From Rhodospirillales bacterium (GTDB lineage: Bacteria; Pseudomonadota; Alphaproteobacteria; Kiloniellales; JACOMY01): DNA of 64,000 bases. The DNA lies in the NCBI GenBank assembly GCA_038363005.1, contig JBBQBI010000009.1, forward strand, positions 2,376-66,375, given 5' to 3'. A program made the position numbers and the translations under genes. Each line of letters opens with the position of its first letter. The stretch's first letter is position 1. The notes below the pieces were generated by a model that was not told the origin of the DNA, ran no database searches, and saw nothing but the letters and a program-made list of their open reading frames with translations. Positions 61,008 through 64,000 of this stretch are shown here, piece by piece.

Positions 61008-62396
61008 CTATTCCAGGATGAATCCGGCGTTGCCGGCCAGCCGCGGCGTGCCATGCGCCAGGGTCGGCTGGTTCCCCGCCGCCGGACTCTGGAACTCACC
61101 CAGCAACACCCGCTCCAGCTCGTTCGGCGGCGCCAGGCCATCGGTCGGCAGCCGCATGTCGGCCAGCCGGGCGACCGGCTCCACGATGTAGGGCGTGACG
61201 ATGATGACCAGCTCGGTCTCACCCTGGATGTAGGCGCTGGAGCGGAACAGCGCCCCCAGGATCGGGATGTCGCCCAGCCCCGGCAGCTTGTCGACGTCAT
61301 GCGACGTGGTGCTCTTCAGCAACCCGGCGATGGCGAAGGATTGCCCGCTGCCCAGCTCGATGGTGGTGGAGGCACGGCGCGTGGTCAGCGCCGGCACGGT
61401 GACGCCGGCAACCTCGACGGCGCGGGTGAAGTCGATCTCGCTGACCTCGGGCGCCACCTTCAGGCTGATGCGGTTGTTGTCGACCAGGGTCGGCGTGAAG
61501 GTCAGGCTGACGCCGAACTGCTTGAACTCGATGGTGACGTCGCCGTCGGTGCCGGCCACCGGCACCGGGAACTCGCCGCCGGCCAGGAAACTGGCGCTCT
61601 CGCCAGAGATGGCGGTCAGATTGGGTTCCGCCAGGATCGAGATCAGGCCCTCCTGGGACAGCGCGTCGACCACAATGTTGAGGTCGATGCCGCCGGTCAC
61701 CACGTTGAGCACGGCGTCGAAGGCACCCGTCGCGCCGCTGCCGGCGCCGCCGTTGAAGCCGCCCTTGACCGGACTGCCACCGCCGCCGAACAGCGAATCC
61801 CAGCGGATGCCAAGGCGGTCGTCGAGGCTGCGCGAGATTTCCGCCACCCGCACCCTGAGGTTCACCTGGTTGGCAGCAGTCAGGCCGACCCGCAGCAGCA
61901 CCTCGTCGTCGCTGCCGACGTAGCTGCGCGCCAGGCGACGAATGTCCTCGACCTCGATCGGCGAGGTGACGGCGCCGTCGACCACCAGCGAACGTCCGAC
62001 CGAGCGGACCTGCACGCTGGCCTTGGGCAGCATCATGCGGATCGCCTGTTCGATGGTGACGATGTCGTGGGTCACGCGAATGGTGCGCCCGGCCACCACG
62101 CGGCCGGATTCGTCCGACAGGAAGACCGTGGTGTCACCGATCGCCTTGCCGAAGACGTAGACGCGCTGCGGCGACTGCAGCATCACGTCGGCGATGTTGG
62201 GGTCGGCGACGAAGACGCTGTAGAGCGGCTGGTCGACCTCCAGGATCACGCCTTGCCGCAGGAAGATATTGAGCTCGCCACTTGGCGTGATAGTGCGGTC
62301 CGCCGCCGCGGCCGGCCAAGCCGCCCCGAGCAGACCTGCCAGCAGAACAGTCAGGCGAAGCAGAAGCCGGCGGGTCATGGCGATCGTTCCAATCAT
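61008..62396 (-). CDS. cpaC: CpaC/RcpA secretin
   Basis: It has a signal peptide and the secretin C-domain pattern (GQSFAIAGLL, VDKLPGLGDIPILGALFRS, ELVIIVTPYIV). Confidence 0.9.
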   Translation of the reverse strand: MIGTIAMTRRLLLRLTVLLAGLLGAAWPAAAADRTITPSGELNIFLRQGVILEVDQPLYSVFVADPNIADVMLQSPQRVYVFGKAIGDTTVFLSDESGRVVAGRTIRVTHDIVTIEQAIRMMLPKASVQVRSVGRSLVVDGAVTSPIEVEDIRRLARSYVGSDDEVLLRVGLTAANQVNLRVRVAEISRSLDDRLGIRWDSLFGGGGSPVKGGFNGGAGSGATGAFDAVLNVVTGGIDLNIVVDALSQEGLISILAEPNLTAISGESASFLAGGEFPVPVAGTDGDVTIEFKQFGVSLTFTPTLVDNNRISLKVAPEVSEIDFTRAVEVAGVTVPALTTRRASTTIELGSGQSFAIAGLLKSTTSHDVDKLPGLGDIPILGALFRSSAYIQGETELVIIVTPYIVEPVARLADMRLPTDGLAPPNELERVLLGEFQSPAAGNQPTLAHGTPRLAGNAGFILE

Positions 62397-63379
62397 TCCT
62401 TGACGTCCACCTTCACCGCCATGGAAGCGGAGCGCCCCTGGCCAGAGTCAGGCTCGGTGCTCTGCTGCGGCGACAGCGTCGGCGCGCTGCCGCCGGCGCC
62501 GTCGAAGGTCATCTCCTGCTGCTGGCTGCCACGCACCACGACTACGACATGCGTGGTGACCGCCTTGGGCGCGGGCTCCTGTTCGCGGGCGGCCGGCGCG
62601 GGCGCCGATATGAAGGTCAGCTCCGGCGTGCCGGTATAGGAGGCGATGTGGCTGCGCCGCACCTCGAAGGCGCGCCGTGGGTCGAAGGAGGCTGGCTCGA
62701 CAGCGCTGTTCAGGGCGAGCGAGAGCTGGCCGACTTGCTGCGCCAGCGCCAGCATCTCGGCTTCCTTTGAGGAGACCTCGAGGGTCGCCGTCTTGCTGAC
62801 GACGATCTGCCCGTTGACGTCATCGGTGCGCTGGTCGGTTGCCAGCACCTTGATGTGCAGCAGCAGCGTCTCGGTCATCTGCGGTGGCGGGCCCTCGGGC
62901 GCTTCCGCCGCCGCCGCGACCTCGTGTGTCAGCAGCACGTCGACGTGGTCGCCCGGCATGACGTGGCCGGCCAGGCCACCGGTTTCAGTCAAGGCAATGG
63001 TCTTGGCCAAGCGCTGGTCGGCCAGCAGATAGGCGAGCGTACTGCCGGTGCCGCGCGGCAGGATCTGGGTGGAGAGCACCGGCGCGTTCAGCGCGATCGG
63101 CAGGTGCACCACCTGCCCGACGATGGAGTCTTCCGGCCTCAAGCTGCCCGGCGGCAAGGAATTGGCCGGCCAGTCGGCGAAGCGCAGGTCGTCAGCCTGG
63201 ATCAGATGGCCGCTCGGCAGGTCGCGGGTGGCTACCACCACCTTGACCATCGCCGCGGCGGCCACCGGCGCCTGGTTCGCCGCCACGACCGGACGCTGCA
63301 GGCGCTGCAGCACGAGGTAGCCGGTGCCGGCGGCGACGACCACGGCGACGAGCAGCAGAAGCAGGATGCGTGCACGCAT
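62393..63379 (-). CDS. cpaB: CpaB/RcpC pilus-assembly protein
   Basis: It has an N-terminal TM, a SAF-like segment (VVVATRDLPSGHLIQADDL), and a 4-nt overlap with cpaC. Confidence 0.85.
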   Translation of the reverse strand: MRARILLLLLVAVVVAAGTGYLVLQRLQRPVVAANQAPVAAAAMVKVVVATRDLPSGHLIQADDLRFADWPANSLPPGSLRPEDSIVGQVVHLPIALNAPVLSTQILPRGTGSTLAYLLADQRLAKTIALTETGGLAGHVMPGDHVDVLLTHEVAAAAEAPEGPPPQMTETLLLHIKVLATDQRTDDVNGQIVVSKTATLEVSSKEAEMLALAQQVGQLSLALNSAVEPASFDPRRAFEVRRSHIASYTGTPELTFISAPAPAAREQEPAPKAVTTHVVVVVRGSQQQEMTFDGAGGSAPTLSPQQSTEPDSGQGRSASMAVKVDVKE

Positions 63380-63383
63380 GGTC

Positions 63384-63881
63384 CTATCCCCCGTTCAGCC
63401 AGCCGCCCAGTGTCATGAAGGCGCCGCTGGCGATCGCCAGGCCATAGGGCAGGCGCTGATCGACTGGCTCGGCGATCCAGCGGCGCAGCAGGCGCGCCAG
63501 CAGGAAGGCAAGCGACAGCACGCCGCCGGCCAGGGCCACGGCGAGCAGGAAGGCCGGCGCGGAATGGCCGCCGAGAAACAGCTGACAGGCGAGCAGCAGC
63601 TTGACGTCGCCGCCGCCCAGCATCTTGTGCTGGAACAGCCAGAGCAGGACGCCCAGCAGCATGGTGAAGCACAGCAGCCCGACCCAGGTCGGCATCAGCT
63701 GCGGCCAGCCACCGGTGACGTAGTGGTGCAAGGGTGCCAGCAGCAGCACCAGCCCCACCAACCAATTGGGTATGCGTCGCTCGGCCATGTCCCAGATCCC
63801 CGCCAGTAGCAGCAGAAGGATGAAGCCGAGAAGGAAAAGGGGGTGGGCGGCGAAGCCCCCCACCCCCTGGTCCGTCGTCAT
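63384..63881 (-). CDS. cpaA: A24-family prepilin peptidase CpaA/TadV
   Basis: It is polytopic and has the two Asp motifs IWDMAERRIPN and GGGDVKLL. Confidence 0.85.
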   Translation of the reverse strand: MTTDQGVGGFAAHPLFLLGFILLLLLAGIWDMAERRIPNWLVGLVLLLAPLHHYVTGGWPQLMPTWVGLLCFTMLLGVLLWLFQHKMLGGGDVKLLLACQLFLGGHSAPAFLLAVALAGGVLSLAFLLARLLRRWIAEPVDQRLPYGLAIASGAFMTLGGWLNGG

Positions 63882-63900
63882 GATGCCTATCCGGCCTCGA

Positions 63901-64000
63901 TTACGGGGCCGGCGCCGGCGCCGGCGAAACGGCGTTGGTCAGCTCGGTCCCGACGCTGGTGAACAGCGTGTCGAGGCTGCCGCCCACCGCGGTCGCGCCA
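63901..64000 (-). CDS. flp: Flp-family pilin, 3' part only (the gene continues beyond the window)
   Basis: The reverse-strand frame reads ..GATAVGGSLDTLFTSVGTELTNAVSPAPAPAP and ends with TAA at 63901-63903. The Flp-like C-terminal pattern and the position directly upstream of cpaA support the call. It is too short to appear in the ORF track. Confidence 0.55.
   Translation of the reverse strand, partial: GATAVGGSLDTLFTSVGTELTNAVSPAPAPAP

Noticed and set aside
1-64000. Mobile elements, prophage, genomic-island borders, tRNA/rRNA genes, and toxin-antitoxin, restriction-modification or CRISPR-Cas defence modules
   Set aside because: I found no integrase, transposase, recombinase, phage structural, cas or methyltransferase motifs in any frame. 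No intergenic region is long enough or shaped like a tRNA or rRNA. Composition looks uniform throughout.

Overview
The window is very GC-rich, with third codon positions almost always G/C, and reads as chromosomal DNA. The gene content (Cpa/Tad pilus locus, GEG-type REP hairpins) suggests an alphaproteobacterium, but that is inference. I recognised no rRNA, tRNA, CRISPR array, transposase, integrase or phage genes. There are five blocks. (1) 1-16344 is a single co-directional, translationally coupled operon. It starts with a 5'-truncated SrfB-like Hsp70/actin-fold ATPase and a SrfC-like dynamin-type GTPase. It continues with a bitopic Pro-rich membrane protein, a secreted vWA protein, an FtsX-type ABC pair and an FGE-sulfatase-domain protein that lacks the catalytic cysteine pair. 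It ends with three lipoproteins (two are glycine-zipper paralogues) and two tandem membrane-anchored proteins whose ectodomains match the integrin beta I-like (MIDAS) domain motif by motif. This is my candidate for the undescribed system. (2) 16346-30905 holds an alkaline-phosphatase-superfamily enzyme, a GT2 glycosyltransferase, a hybrid histidine kinase, a MalT/LuxR-type regulator, an HDAC-family amidohydrolase and a Liv-type ABC importer. (3) 30952-49283 is a catabolic island. It contains an extradiol dioxygenase, a cysteine-less thiolase-like protein with a DUF35 partner, a heteromeric MaoC hydratase, an aldehyde dehydrogenase, SDRs, an acyl-CoA ligase, an amidohydrolase and a Pot-type ABC importer. 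(4) 49288-52332 holds small regulatory and metabolic genes. (5) 52417-64000 is a complete Tad/Cpa (Flp) pilus locus that runs off the right edge. All family calls come from motifs read by eye and from memory of the families. No database search was run.
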